A DNA stretch of 38,472 nucleotides from a bacterium (lineage in GTDB: Bacteria > Acidobacteriota > Blastocatellia > HR10). The notes below the pieces were generated by a model. It was not told where the DNA came from, did no database searches, and saw only the letters and a program-made list of their open reading frames with translations. The DNA lies in the NCBI GenBank assembly GCA_041640655.1, contig JBEPZV010000022.1, positions 1 through 38,472 on the forward strand. The letters are read 5' to 3'. How positions within the stretch are numbered: the stretch's first letter is position 1; the number at the start of each line of letters is the position of its first letter. This document shows positions 1-10,403 of the stretch, piece by piece. The translations under genes were made by a program, and so were the position numbers.

Positions 1-174
1 TATAAGCGCTTTCGCCTGACGGCGACGGGGAAGATCAAACGCGGCCATTCGCACGCCCGTCACCTCTTGACGAAGAAGCCGCCCAAGCGCAAGATGAAAC
101 TCGATCGGGACACGTACGTGGACCCGACTGATGCCAAGCGCGTCAAGCGGTTGCTGCCGTACGGTCGCGCTTGA
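1..174 (+). CDS. rpmI: 50S ribosomal protein L35, 5'-truncated by the window edge
   Basis: Frame 1 translates as [31 protein letters not shown]...KRLLPYGRA* (TGA 172-174), a typical L35. Lies directly upstream of rplT. Not in the ORF track. Confidence 0.95.
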   Translation, partial: YKRFRLTATGKIKRGHSHARHLLTKKPPKRKMKLDRDTYVDPTDAKRVKRLLPYGRA

Positions 175-206
175 GCTGATCGGCTGCGAGAAGGGAGTGA
201 ACGATC

Positions 207-575
207 ATGCCGCGAGTCAAACGGGGTCATAAACGCGTCGAACGACGCAAGAAATATCTCCGCCTGGCGAAGGGCTACTGGGGCGCCAAGAGCCGGCTTC
301 ACCGTTATGCGAAGGAGGCTGTGCAGCGCGCCTGGAAGTTCGCGTACATCGGACGGCGTTTGAAGAAGCGCGACTTTCGCCGTCTCTGGATCATCCGCAT
401 CAACGCGGCGGCGCGCCAGAACGGCCTCAGCTACACGCAATTCATGCACGGTCTGAAGCTGGCGGGAGTTGCCCTGGATCGGAAGGTCTTGGCCGATCTG
501 GCCGTCCGCGACGCGGCCGCCTTCGCCGAGCTGGTCGGCGTCGCCAAACACGCCTTGGCCGCTCAGGCGTCATGA
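207..575 (+). CDS. rplT: 50S ribosomal protein L20
   Basis: MPRVKRG...AKGYWG...[18 protein letters not shown]...[19 protein letters not shown] at 191-197. Confidence 0.98.
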   Translation: MPRVKRGHKRVERRKKYLRLAKGYWGAKSRLHRYAKEAVQRAWKFAYIGRRLKKRDFRRLWIIRINAAARQNGLSYTQFMHGLKLAGVALDRKVLADLAVRDAAAFAELVGVAKHALAAQAS

Positions 576-606
576 GGCACTCGGCCGAGACGCAGAGGTC
601 CTTCGC

Positions 607-1635
607 ATGCGCGAGCGCGTGGAACAGATTCGCGCCCAACTCCGCGATGAGTTGATGCAGGTCGCGGACATGGCGGCTCTGGCCCGTGTGCGCGATCGCT
701 ATCTCGGGCGAAAGAGCGGGTTGATCACCCAACTCGTCAAAGAGTTGGGGGCGCTTCCTCCGGAGGAGCGACCGACGATCGGTCGCCTGATCAATGAGCT
801 GAAGGAGGAGGCCGAGGCCGCGCTCGAACGGCTTCGCGTCCAGCTGGAGGAACAGGCCGAGGCGGAACGCTTCGAACGCGAGCGCGTGGACATCACGCTG
901 CCGGGCTTGCGCCCGCTGTTTGGCGCCCCGCACCCGATCACCCTCATCCGTCAACGGATCGAGGATATTTTCGTCTCGATGGGCTATGCGGTGGAGAGCG
1001 GTCCTGAAGTCGAGACAAGCTACTACAACTTCGACGCCCTCAATATCCCGCCGGGACATCCGGCGCGCGAGGCTCAGGATACATTCTACCTGAGCGAGGA
1101 TCTCGCGCTGCGGACGCAGACCTCGACCGTGCAGATTCGAGCGCTCGAACGGCGGCGTCCCCCTCTGCGCATCATCGCTCCGGGGAAGGTCTTTCGCCGC
1201 GACACGCCCGATCCGACGCATAATCCGATGTTCTTCCAAGTCGAAGGGCTCGCGCTCGATCGCGAGATCACGATGGGCGATCTGAAGGGGACGCTGCAGG
1301 AGTTCGTCCGGCGGATGTTCGGACCGCAGGTGCGCACGCGCTTTCGCCCGAGCTACTTCCCCTTCACCGAGCCGAGCGCCGAAGTGGACTTCAGCTGCTT
1401 CGTCTGTCGCGGGGAAGGATGTCGCGTCTGCAAGGGAGCCGGTTGGATCGAACTCGGCGGATGCGGCATGGTCCATCCGCGGGTGCTGCGCGGCGCCGGC
1501 GTAGACCCGGAGGAATTCACCGGGTTCGCCTTCGGCCTGGGTCTGGATCGTATGGTCGCGCTCATGTACGGCCTGGAGGACATTCGACTCCTCTATGAGA
1601 ACGATCTTCGATTCCTCGAGCAATTCGGCTTCTAG
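607..1635 (+). CDS. pheS: Phenylalanine--tRNA ligase alpha subunit
   Basis: [47 protein letters not shown]; CxxC..CxxC insert. Start moved from 469 (overlaps rplT) to ATG 607. Confidence 0.97.
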   Translation: MRERVEQIRAQLRDELMQVADMAALARVRDRYLGRKSGLITQLVKELGALPPEERPTIGRLINELKEEAEAALERLRVQLEEQAEAERFERERVDITLPGLRPLFGAPHPITLIRQRIEDIFVSMGYAVESGPEVETSYYNFDALNIPPGHPAREAQDTFYLSEDLALRTQTSTVQIRALERRRPPLRIIAPGKVFRRDTPDPTHNPMFFQVEGLALDREITMGDLKGTLQEFVRRMFGPQVRTRFRPSYFPFTEPSAEVDFSCFVCRGEGCRVCKGAGWIELGGCGMVHPRVLRGAGVDPEEFTGFAFGLGLDRMVALMYGLEDIRLLYENDLRFLEQFGF

Positions 1636-1689
1636 CCGGAGGGCGGGAGGCAACGCCCGATCTCCCGTCGCGCGGGGGACAGCGACCGT

Positions 1690-3741
<2,052 letters not shown>

Positions 3742-3765
3742 TCCCCGCGCGCGCCAAAAAAGGAG

Positions 3766-3794
3766 TTGCCAGATTATGGCCGTCGGGGTAGAAT
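3766..3794 (+). promoter_or_regulatory. Sigma70-type promoter for the zapB-like/zapA genes
   Basis: TTGCCA (3766-3771), 17-bp spacer, TAGAAT (3789-3794). Confidence 0.65.
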
Positions 3795-3828
3795 ACAGCT
3801 CAGCCGCGTGTCAATTGGAGGGACGATC

Positions 3829-4107
3829 GTGGCGGGATTGAGCGGTCTGGAGAAGTTCGCGCACCTGGAAGATAAGATCTATCGCGCGATCGAGCAGTTC
3901 AAGGCCCTGCGGCAAGAGAAGGAGGCTCTGGAGAAAGAAGTGGCCACCCTGCGACGAGAGATGAGCGCGCTGCTGGCGGAGAAGGATCGGCTGGAGGCCC
4001 AAGTGGAGCGCTTGCTGACGGAACGCGATGCCATCAAGCTCAAGATCGAAGCGATGCTGGAAGCGCTCTCGGTCCTGGAACAGGAGATGGTGGATTCCCT
4101 GCGATGA
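3829..4107 (+). CDS. ZapB-like coiled-coil cell division protein
   Basis: 92-aa heptad coiled coil (LEKFAHLEDKIYRAIEQFKALRQEKEAL...) directly before zapA; GTG 3829 follows GGAGG. Confidence 0.7.
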   Translation: MAGLSGLEKFAHLEDKIYRAIEQFKALRQEKEALEKEVATLRREMSALLAEKDRLEAQVERLLTERDAIKLKIEAMLEALSVLEQEMVDSLR

Positions 4108-4487
4108 TGAGGAGCGAACCGGAGCCTATGGAGACGACGCGCACACAGACGGTGAAGGTCGAGATCTACAATCAAACGTACAACCTCCGCGCCGACGGCA
4201 ACGCCGAATACATCCAGCAACTGGCCGCGTATGTGGATCGGCACATGCGCGAGATCGCCTCGAAGACCCTCACGGTGGATTCGCTCAAGGTCGCGATCTT
4301 GGCGGCGTTGCTGATCGCCGACGAGCTGCATCAGATGAAGCAGCGATACGAGCAGTTGGACGCCCAGTTGGCCCAACGCAGCGCGGAAGCGGGCGAGCTG
4401 CTCGACCAGGTGCTCAAGAGCTACCGATCTGGCGACCGTCGAACCGGCGAGGCGTCGGACGCAGCATCCGAACTTCGACATTCCTGA
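4104..4487 (+). CDS. zapA: Cell division protein ZapA
   Basis: VKVEIYNQTYNL...LAAYVDRHMREI...KVAILAALLIADEL; ATGA overlap with the upstream gene (alternative start 4128). Confidence 0.9.
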   Translation: MMRSEPEPMETTRTQTVKVEIYNQTYNLRADGNAEYIQQLAAYVDRHMREIASKTLTVDSLKVAILAALLIADELHQMKQRYEQLDAQLAQRSAEAGELLDQVLKSYRSGDRRTGEASDAASELRHS

Positions 4488-4491
4488 TGAG

Positions 4492-4763
4492 GCCCACAGT
4501 GAGCGACGGCGCGCGGGCTCGTCGGCCGAGGTGAAGGGGCTATCTTCGCTCGGATGACCGGAGCTCCCGCCGAAGGATTCGCCCTTCCCTCACCGGATCG
4601 AGTATAATCTTGTACCTCAATGCCACGAGCGACCACAGGGTGGGCGATCTCGTGAACAGGAACGGGCATCGGGGCGGTGGGGTCAAGTCGGGGAATCCGC
4701 CCGACGGCCGAATCTCCATGCGCATCGCCCGCCCGAATTCCCAACCAAGGAGGGGGATGGCAT
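4492..4763 (+). ncRNA. Structured intergenic RNA: 6S RNA candidate by position, or a cis-regulatory pdxS leader
   Basis: Several long complementary segments, e.g. 4638-4648/4724-4734, 4687-4692/4700-4705, 4533-4540/4581-4587. TATAAT at 4603-4608. Lies right after zapA, where ssrS often sits. No recognised family consensus. Confidence 0.35.
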
Positions 4764-5646
4764 GATCATGGATGATCTCTTCCGGGTGAAAGTCGGATTG
4801 GCCGAGATGCTCAAAGGGGGCGTCATCATGGACGTCACCAATGCCGAACAGGCCCGCATCGCGGAGGAAGCGGGAGCCGTCGCCGTGATGGCGCTCGAAC
4901 GCGTGCCCGCGGATATTCGCGCTCAAGGGGGCGTGGCGCGCATGGCCTCGATCAAGCGGATTCGCGAGATCATGGAGGCGGTCTCCATCCCCGTGATGGC
5001 GAAGGTGCGCATCGGCCATTTCGTCGAAGCCCAGATCTTGCAGGAACTGGGCGTGGACTTCATTGATGAGAGCGAAGTGCTGACGCCGGCTGACGAGGAG
5101 CACCACATTGACAAGCATCAGTTCAAGGTCCCCTTCGTCTGCGGAGCGCGCGATCTCGGGGAAGCGCTGCGCCGGATCGGCGAAGGCGCGGCCATGATCC
5201 GGACCAAAGGGGAGGCGGGCTCGGGGAACATCGTCGAAGCCGTTCGACATCTGCGCAGCGTGCTGGATGCCATCCGCCGTCTGACGGTCCTGCCCAAAGA
5301 GGAACTGATGGCCGAGAGCAAGCGTCTGGGAGCCCCGTATGAGCTGGTCCAGTGGGTCGCCGAACATGGCCGCCTCCCGGTGCCGAACTTCGCGGCCGGA
5401 GGAATCGCCACGCCAGCCGATGCCGCGCTCTGCATGCAACTGGGCGCGGAAGCCGTCTTCGTCGGGTCCGGGATCTTCAAATCCGAAGACCCGGCGCGAC
5501 GGGCGCGCGCGATCGTCAAGGCCGTGACCTACTACAATGACCCCAAGATGCTCCTGGAAGCGAGCGAAGAATTGGGCGAGCCGATGCGCGGCCTGGACGT
5601 GTCGCGGCTGGCCAAGGAAGAGCTTCTGCAAACGCGCGGGTGGTGA
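4762..5646 (+). CDS. pdxS: Pyridoxal 5'-phosphate synthase lyase subunit
   Basis: [63 protein letters not shown] at 4747-4753. Confidence 0.98.
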   Translation: MIMDDLFRVKVGLAEMLKGGVIMDVTNAEQARIAEEAGAVAVMALERVPADIRAQGGVARMASIKRIREIMEAVSIPVMAKVRIGHFVEAQILQELGVDFIDESEVLTPADEEHHIDKHQFKVPFVCGARDLGEALRRIGEGAAMIRTKGEAGSGNIVEAVRHLRSVLDAIRRLTVLPKEELMAESKRLGAPYELVQWVAEHGRLPVPNFAAGGIATPADAALCMQLGAEAVFVGSGIFKSEDPARRARAIVKAVTYYNDPKMLLEASEELGEPMRGLDVSRLAKEELLQTRGW

Positions 5647-5649
5647 ACG

Positions 5650-6231
5650 ATGAAGATCGGTGTGCTCGCCGTTCAAGGAGACTTCGCCGCTCACGGGCGC
5701 GTCCTGCAGCAACTTGGTGTCCCATGGTGCGAGGTTCGACATCCCGAGCAATTATCAGAGATCTCGGGCCTGATCCTGCCGGGTGGCGAGAGCACGACGA
5801 TGTTGAAGTTCCTGTTCGAAGAGGGATTCCTCGAGCCGCTTCAGGACTTCGCCCGCCGTGGCGGCGCCTTCTTCGGGACGTGCGCGGGAGCGATCCTCTT
5901 GGCGCGCGAGGTCACCAATCCGCGCCAACCTTCGCTCGGGCTCTTGGACATCTCGGTGCAGCGGAATGCCTACGGCCGCCAGATCAACAGCTTCGTGGAT
6001 CGCGTGCTCAGCCCCGTTTTCGGTCCGCCTCCGCTGGAGATGGTCTACATCCGCGCCCCCATCATCACGCGCGTTGGCCCCGGCGTCGAAGTCCTCGCCG
6101 AACATGGGGGGCATCCCGTGCTCGTGCAGCAGGGGCGCTGCCTGGCGGCCACCTTTCATCCCGAGTTGACCGAAGACCGACGCGTCCACGAGCGGTTCCT
6201 GCGGCTGGTCGAGGCGGCCTCCGCACGATGA
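5650..6231 (+). CDS. pdxT: PLP synthase glutaminase subunit
   Basis: IGVLAVQG, PGGESTT, GTCAG, RNAYGRQ, FHPELT. Confidence 0.98.
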   Translation: MKIGVLAVQGDFAAHGRVLQQLGVPWCEVRHPEQLSEISGLILPGGESTTMLKFLFEEGFLEPLQDFARRGGAFFGTCAGAILLAREVTNPRQPSLGLLDISVQRNAYGRQINSFVDRVLSPVFGPPPLEMVYIRAPIITRVGPGVEVLAEHGGHPVLVQQGRCLAATFHPELTEDRRVHERFLRLVEAASAR

Positions 6232-6233
6232 GG

Positions 6234-6266
6234 CGAGAGGGGTCGAGCGCATCCGGCCCTCTCTCG
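6234..6266 (+). terminator. GC-rich hairpin after pdxT
   Basis: CGAGAGGGGTCG...CGGCCCTCTCTCG imperfect inverted repeat; no strong U-tract. Confidence 0.35.
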
Positions 6267-6290
6267 TTGGAGGCGAACGCGCGCTTCATC

Positions 6291-6319
6291 TTGACAGCCA
6301 CGCCGCCGGTCATGATAAT
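6291..6319 (+). promoter_or_regulatory. Sigma70-type promoter of gntR
   Basis: TTGACA (6291-6296), 17 bp, GATAAT (6314-6319). Confidence 0.7.
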
Positions 6320-6331
6320 ACGGCTCTTCGT

Positions 6332-7000
6332 ATGCGCGGGAGCCGGTCAACGAATCCGGGACAACGGCGCGTGCTGTCCGATGGCATCTATGATCAGCTC
6401 AAGGCCGAGATCATCACCGGCGCGCTGAAGCCCGGGCATTACTTCTCGGAGACCGAACTCGCTCGACGATTCCACGTCAGCCGCACTCCGATCCGCGAAG
6501 CCTGCGCGCTCTTGGAGAGAGAGGGCCTGCTGCAGAGCCTCCCCTACAAGGGGTATCTCGTCCCTCCGATCACCTTCGAGGACTTGCAGAAGCTCTACCA
6601 AGTGCAGCTCATCGTTGAGAGCGCGTGCGCGGAGTTGGCGGCTCACGCCATTGACCCTGAACACTTGACCATGCTCGAGCAGCTCTGTCGGGCCTCCTAT
6701 ACCTTTGAGGATCGCAAGAGCTACTTCGCCTTCATCCGCGCGAATTTCCGCTTCCATACGCTCATCGCTGAGGCGACGGGCAATGACCTGCTGCTGGAGA
6801 TCGTGCTCGACGTCGAGAACAAGCTCCAGCGCTTCTTCTATCACACGATCGGCCTGGGCGCCTATGGCCCGCTTTTGGTCGAAGAGCACACGGCCATTGT
6901 TCAAGCGCTGCGCGATGGCGATCCGCACCGCGCCCGTCGCGCCATGGAGCGACATATTCAGAACACGAAGGAGCGAACCTCGAAGCTGTTTCTGAAGTGA
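6332..7000 (+). CDS. GntR family (FadR subfamily, FCD domain) transcriptional regulator
   Basis: wHTH SETELARRFHVSRTPIREA; FCD motifs NFRFH..IAEATGN and EEHTAIVQAL..MERHI. Confidence 0.92.
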   Translation: MRGSRSTNPGQRRVLSDGIYDQLKAEIITGALKPGHYFSETELARRFHVSRTPIREACALLEREGLLQSLPYKGYLVPPITFEDLQKLYQVQLIVESACAELAAHAIDPEHLTMLEQLCRASYTFEDRKSYFAFIRANFRFHTLIAEATGNDLLLEIVLDVENKLQRFFYHTIGLGAYGPLLVEEHTAIVQALRDGDPHRARRAMERHIQNTKERTSKLFLK

Positions 7001-7043
7001 GGACGTCATCGGGAGCATCGTGCGCCACGACCGCGAGGAGGAG

Positions 7044-8957
7044 ATGATGAGGAGGGGAGGAGGACGCCGCTCTGTACTCGGGATGAGTCTTCTCGTCCTC
7101 GCCGTGCTTCTCTCAGGTCCTCGAGCGACGGCGCAGCCACAGGCTGCGCCGATCGAGCTCTGGGTGGACGCCTCGGAGGCGCCGCGAAAGATCTTCCACG
7201 TGCGCATGCAGATCCCCGTCTCGCCCGGCCCGCTCGTGCTCGTCTATCCCAAGTGGATTCCGGGCGAGCACGGACCGACCGGCCCGATCGCGAACCTCGC
7301 GGGGTTGAGCGTGCGCGCTGGTGATCGCGAGGTCCCCTGGCGGCGCGATCCGCGCGACATGTTCGCCTTCCACGTGGAGGTCCCCTCGGGCGTCTCTCAG
7401 CTCGAGGTGACCTTCGACTACCTCTCTCCGACGGCGCCCGGGGGCTTCAGCACGAATCCCTCGGCGAAGCTGGCCGTCATGGATTGGCACCTGTTCCTCC
7501 TCTACCCGAAGGGGAGCGACATCGAGCGAACGCTCGTTCGCCCGAGGCTCCGCCTGCCCGCAGGCTGGCAGTGGGGGGGAGCGCTGTCGGCGCAAGCTGC
7601 ACGTCAGAATGAGATCGTCTTCGATCCCATCCCCCTCTTTCTGTTGATGGACACGCCCATCGTCATCGGCGCGCACTATCGGCGGATTGAGTTGGCGGGA
7701 CCGACCGACGGGCTCCCTCCGCATGTGATGGACATCGTCGCCGATAGCGAATGGGCGCTCGACATCCCCGCATCGCGCCTGGCCGCCTATCGGCGGCTCG
7801 TTCGAGAAGCCCGGGCGCTCTTCGGCGCCATGCATTATCCGCGCTACCATTTCCTCGTGTCGCTCAGCGATCACATCAGCCCCTTCGGTCTGGAACACCA
7901 CCAGACGTCGAACAACCAGGTCCCCGAACGGTTCTTCGTGGACGAGGAAGTGCATCGGCGATTGGCCGATCTGCTGCCCCACGAATTCGTCCACGCCTGG
8001 TGCGGCAAGACGGTGCGCCCACAAGGCCTGGTGACGACCGACTATCAGCAGGAGATGCTCACCGACATGCTCTGGATCTATGAGGGGCTGACGCAGTACT
8101 ACGGTCTCGTGCTCGCTGTGCGAAGCGGCTTGCTCTCGATGGAGGAGGGACGCCAAGTGCTGGCGGCTTACGCCGATGGATTGAATCATCAAACGGGGCG
8201 CCTCTGGCGACCGCTTCAAGACACGGCGACGGCAGCGCAGATCCTCTACACAGCTCCGGCGGAGTGGGCGAACTGGCGACGCGGCGTGGATTTCTACCCC
8301 GAAGGTGCGCTGCTGTGGCTGGAGACCGATGTGCTCATTCGCCAGCTGACCGAGGGACGGCGCTCGCTGGATGACTTCGCACGAGAATTCTTCGGCTCCG
8401 GCATTGGACCGGGCGGTCGGATCTTCGTGAAGCCGTACACGGCCGAGGAGCTCTACGCCGCGCTCCACAAGATCGTCCCCTACGACTGGAAAGGCTTCTT
8501 CGCGTCTCGACTCAGCGAGAAACGACCTCAGGCCCCGATGGCCGGCCTTCTCGAAGGAGGATGGAGGTTGAGTTACACAGAGGCGTCTAATCCCTTCGCG
8601 CTCCCGCTCTCGGAGGACGTCCTTCCGCTTCCCTCCTCGCTGGGTCTGGCCGTGAAAGAAGACGGGCGCATCCTCGACGTCGGCTATGGGACGCCGGCCT
8701 ATCGGAGCGGCCTCGGACCCGGGATGAAGATCGTCGCCGTGAATGGACGACGGTTCAGCAAGGACGTCTTCCTGCGCGCGCTCGCCGCCGCGCGCGACGG
8801 TCGCCCGATCCAGCTCCTGGTGGAGAACGACGAGTTCTTCACCACGCACGAGTTGCTGTACCCCGAAGGGGTGCGATTCCCGCAGCTGGTGAGGGATGAG
8901 AAGAAGCCCGATGTGCTGTCGCAGATTCTGGCGCCGCGCGCCGCCGAGCGACGATAA
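7044..8957 (+). CDS. Secreted M61 (glycyl aminopeptidase family) metallopeptidase with C-terminal PDZ domain
   Basis: Signal peptide; PKWIPGEH, GLEH, HEFVH (HExxH), WIYEGLTQY; PDZ segment GTPAYRSGLGPGMKIVAVNG. Confidence 0.88.
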   Translation: MMRRGGGRRSVLGMSLLVLAVLLSGPRATAQPQAAPIELWVDASEAPRKIFHVRMQIPVSPGPLVLVYPKWIPGEHGPTGPIANLAGLSVRAGDREVPWRRDPRDMFAFHVEVPSGVSQLEVTFDYLSPTAPGGFSTNPSAKLAVMDWHLFLLYPKGSDIERTLVRPRLRLPAGWQWGGALSAQAARQNEIVFDPIPLFLLMDTPIVIGAHYRRIELAGPTDGLPPHVMDIVADSEWALDIPASRLAAYRRLVREARALFGAMHYPRYHFLVSLSDHISPFGLEHHQTSNNQVPERFFVDEEVHRRLADLLPHEFVHAWCGKTVRPQGLVTTDYQQEMLTDMLWIYEGLTQYYGLVLAVRSGLLSMEEGRQVLAAYADGLNHQTGRLWRPLQDTATAAQILYTAPAEWANWRRGVDFYPEGALLWLETDVLIRQLTEGRRSLDDFAREFFGSGIGPGGRIFVKPYTAEELYAALHKIVPYDWKGFFASRLSEKRPQAPMAGLLEGGWRLSYTEASNPFALPLSEDVLPLPSSLGLAVKEDGRILDVGYGTPAYRSGLGPGMKIVAVNGRRFSKDVFLRALAAARDGRPIQLLVENDEFFTTHELLYPEGVRFPQLVRDEKKPDVLSQILAPRAAERR

Positions 8958-8970
8958 CGCGAGGGCGACG

Positions 8971-10293
8971 ATGAGCGACGAGGTCCGAGAAGAAGTATTC
9001 CCCGCAGCTTCGCCGAAATCCCCCAAGGTGTCTTCGGAGAACGCGAAACGCACGGTCGGGCTCCTGGCGTGGCTTCGACACGCTTCGACCGAGCAGCGCC
9101 GCGCGCTCGTGGCCGCGTGCCTGGGATGGATGCTCGACAGCATGGACGTCATGCTCTATGCGATGGTCCTCGCCCACCTGATGCGCGACTTGCAGATGAG
9201 CGCTTCGACAGCGGGCTTGCTCGGATCACTCACGCTGCTCTCTTCGGCAGTCGGGGGTGTGCTCTTCGGCCTGCTGGCCGATCGCGTGGGTCGAACGAAG
9301 GCGCTCATGGCGAGCATCCTCATCTACTCGGTCTTCACCGCCGCCTGCGGTCTGGCACAGACCATCACCCAGCTCGCCGTGTTTCGCGTTCTCCTGGGCC
9401 TGGGCATGGGGGGAGAATGGGCGACGGGAGCCGCGCTCGTCTCGGAGACCTGGCCCCCTGAGCATCGCGGCAAAGCCTTGGGGATCGTCCAAAGCTCCTG
9501 GGCCGTGGGCTACGCGCTCGCCGCGGCCATCACGGCGCTCGTCCTGCCGCGCTATGGATGGCGAGCGGTCTTCTTCTTCGGCGTCCTCCCCGCACTCTTG
9601 ACCTTCTGGATTCGACGCTCGGTCGAAGAACCCGCATTGTGGAAGACGGCGCATCAAGAGCGCGCGCGCTCGACCCTCTCAGCGCCTGGGATCGCGGAAC
9701 TGTTCCACCGGCAGTTCCTCCGCCATACCCTCACGACGACGCTTATGAACACCAGCTCCATGTTCGCCTGGTGGGGATTGTTCACGTGGATTCCGGCGTA
9801 TCTGACGCTGCCGCCTGAGCATGGAGGAGCGGGCTTGAGCATTCTGCAAACCTCCACATGGGTGATCCTCATGCAGGTCGGCATGTGGCTCGGCTATGTG
9901 ACCTTCGGATTCATCAGCGATTGGGTGGGGAGGCGGCCGACGTATCTCGCGTACTTCCTCATCGCAGCGGCCTTGGTTCCCATCTACGGAGGCGCGCGGC
10001 ATCCGATCCTGCTGCTCCTTCTCGGTCCGATCGTCGCCTTCTTCGGGACGGGATACTTCAGCGGCTTCGGAGCGATCACCGCCGAGCTCTTCCCGACGCG
10101 CATTCGAGCCACGGCGCAGGGCTTCACATACAACTTCGGACGAGGCGTGAGCGCACTCGCACCGTTCGCCGTCGGCCAGTATGCCGAAGCGCACGGCCTG
10201 GGCGTCGCCTTCTCGCTCACGACGATCGCGTTCCTGATCGCTGCCGCCTTCGCCCTCGCTCTCCCCGAGACGAAGGGGAGAGTGCTCGAGTGA
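8971..10293 (+). CDS. MFS transporter, organic-acid:H+ symporter type (SHS/AAHS-like)
   Basis: About 12 hydrophobic segments; GWMLDSMD, GLLADRVGR, GLGMGGEW, ELFPTRIRATAQG, LPETKG. Start approximate. Confidence 0.9.
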   Translation: MSDEVREEVFPAASPKSPKVSSENAKRTVGLLAWLRHASTEQRRALVAACLGWMLDSMDVMLYAMVLAHLMRDLQMSASTAGLLGSLTLLSSAVGGVLFGLLADRVGRTKALMASILIYSVFTAACGLAQTITQLAVFRVLLGLGMGGEWATGAALVSETWPPEHRGKALGIVQSSWAVGYALAAAITALVLPRYGWRAVFFFGVLPALLTFWIRRSVEEPALWKTAHQERARSTLSAPGIAELFHRQFLRHTLTTTLMNTSSMFAWWGLFTWIPAYLTLPPEHGGAGLSILQTSTWVILMQVGMWLGYVTFGFISDWVGRRPTYLAYFLIAAALVPIYGGARHPILLLLLGPIVAFFGTGYFSGFGAITAELFPTRIRATAQGFTYNFGRGVSALAPFAVGQYAEAHGLGVAFSLTTIAFLIAAAFALALPETKGRVLE

Positions 10294-10306
10294 GCGAAAC
10301 ATCCTC

Positions 10307-10364
10307 TTGACAATCCGATCGGCTCCCATAAAATAGAGGGGCAGCTGTATACAATGTGGATACA
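10307..10364 (+). promoter_or_regulatory. TBDR promoter with tandem FadR/GntR-like operator
   Basis: TTGACA (10307-10312), 16 bp, TAAAAT (10329-10334); palindrome TGTATACA (10346-10353) and near copy TGGATACA (10357-10364). Confidence 0.7.
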
Positions 10365-10403
10365 AAAACGGTAGGAGGAACTCGGAGCCAGAGGAGGATC
10401 GCG

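Noticed and set aside
469..606. Extended starts in the ORF track for pheS (also 3766, 8896, 10356, 13241, 26747, 30072, 33623)
   Set aside because: They overlap upstream genes or promoters. Downstream starts fit the SD, signal peptide or domain boundaries better.
1641..1669. Recurrent GGCGGGAG/CTCCCGCC words in intergenic regions (about 1642, 4560, 30253, 38398) as a possible REP-like family
   Set aside because: The matches are only 8-12 nt in GC-rich DNA with dissimilar flanks, so they cannot be distinguished from chance.
4540..4740. FMN-riboswitch-like words (TATCTTCG, TCGGGGCGG, CCGACGG)
   Set aside because: Order, spacing and the conserved GAAATTCC/AGTC..GATG elements do not match, and the downstream genes are for B6, not riboflavin.
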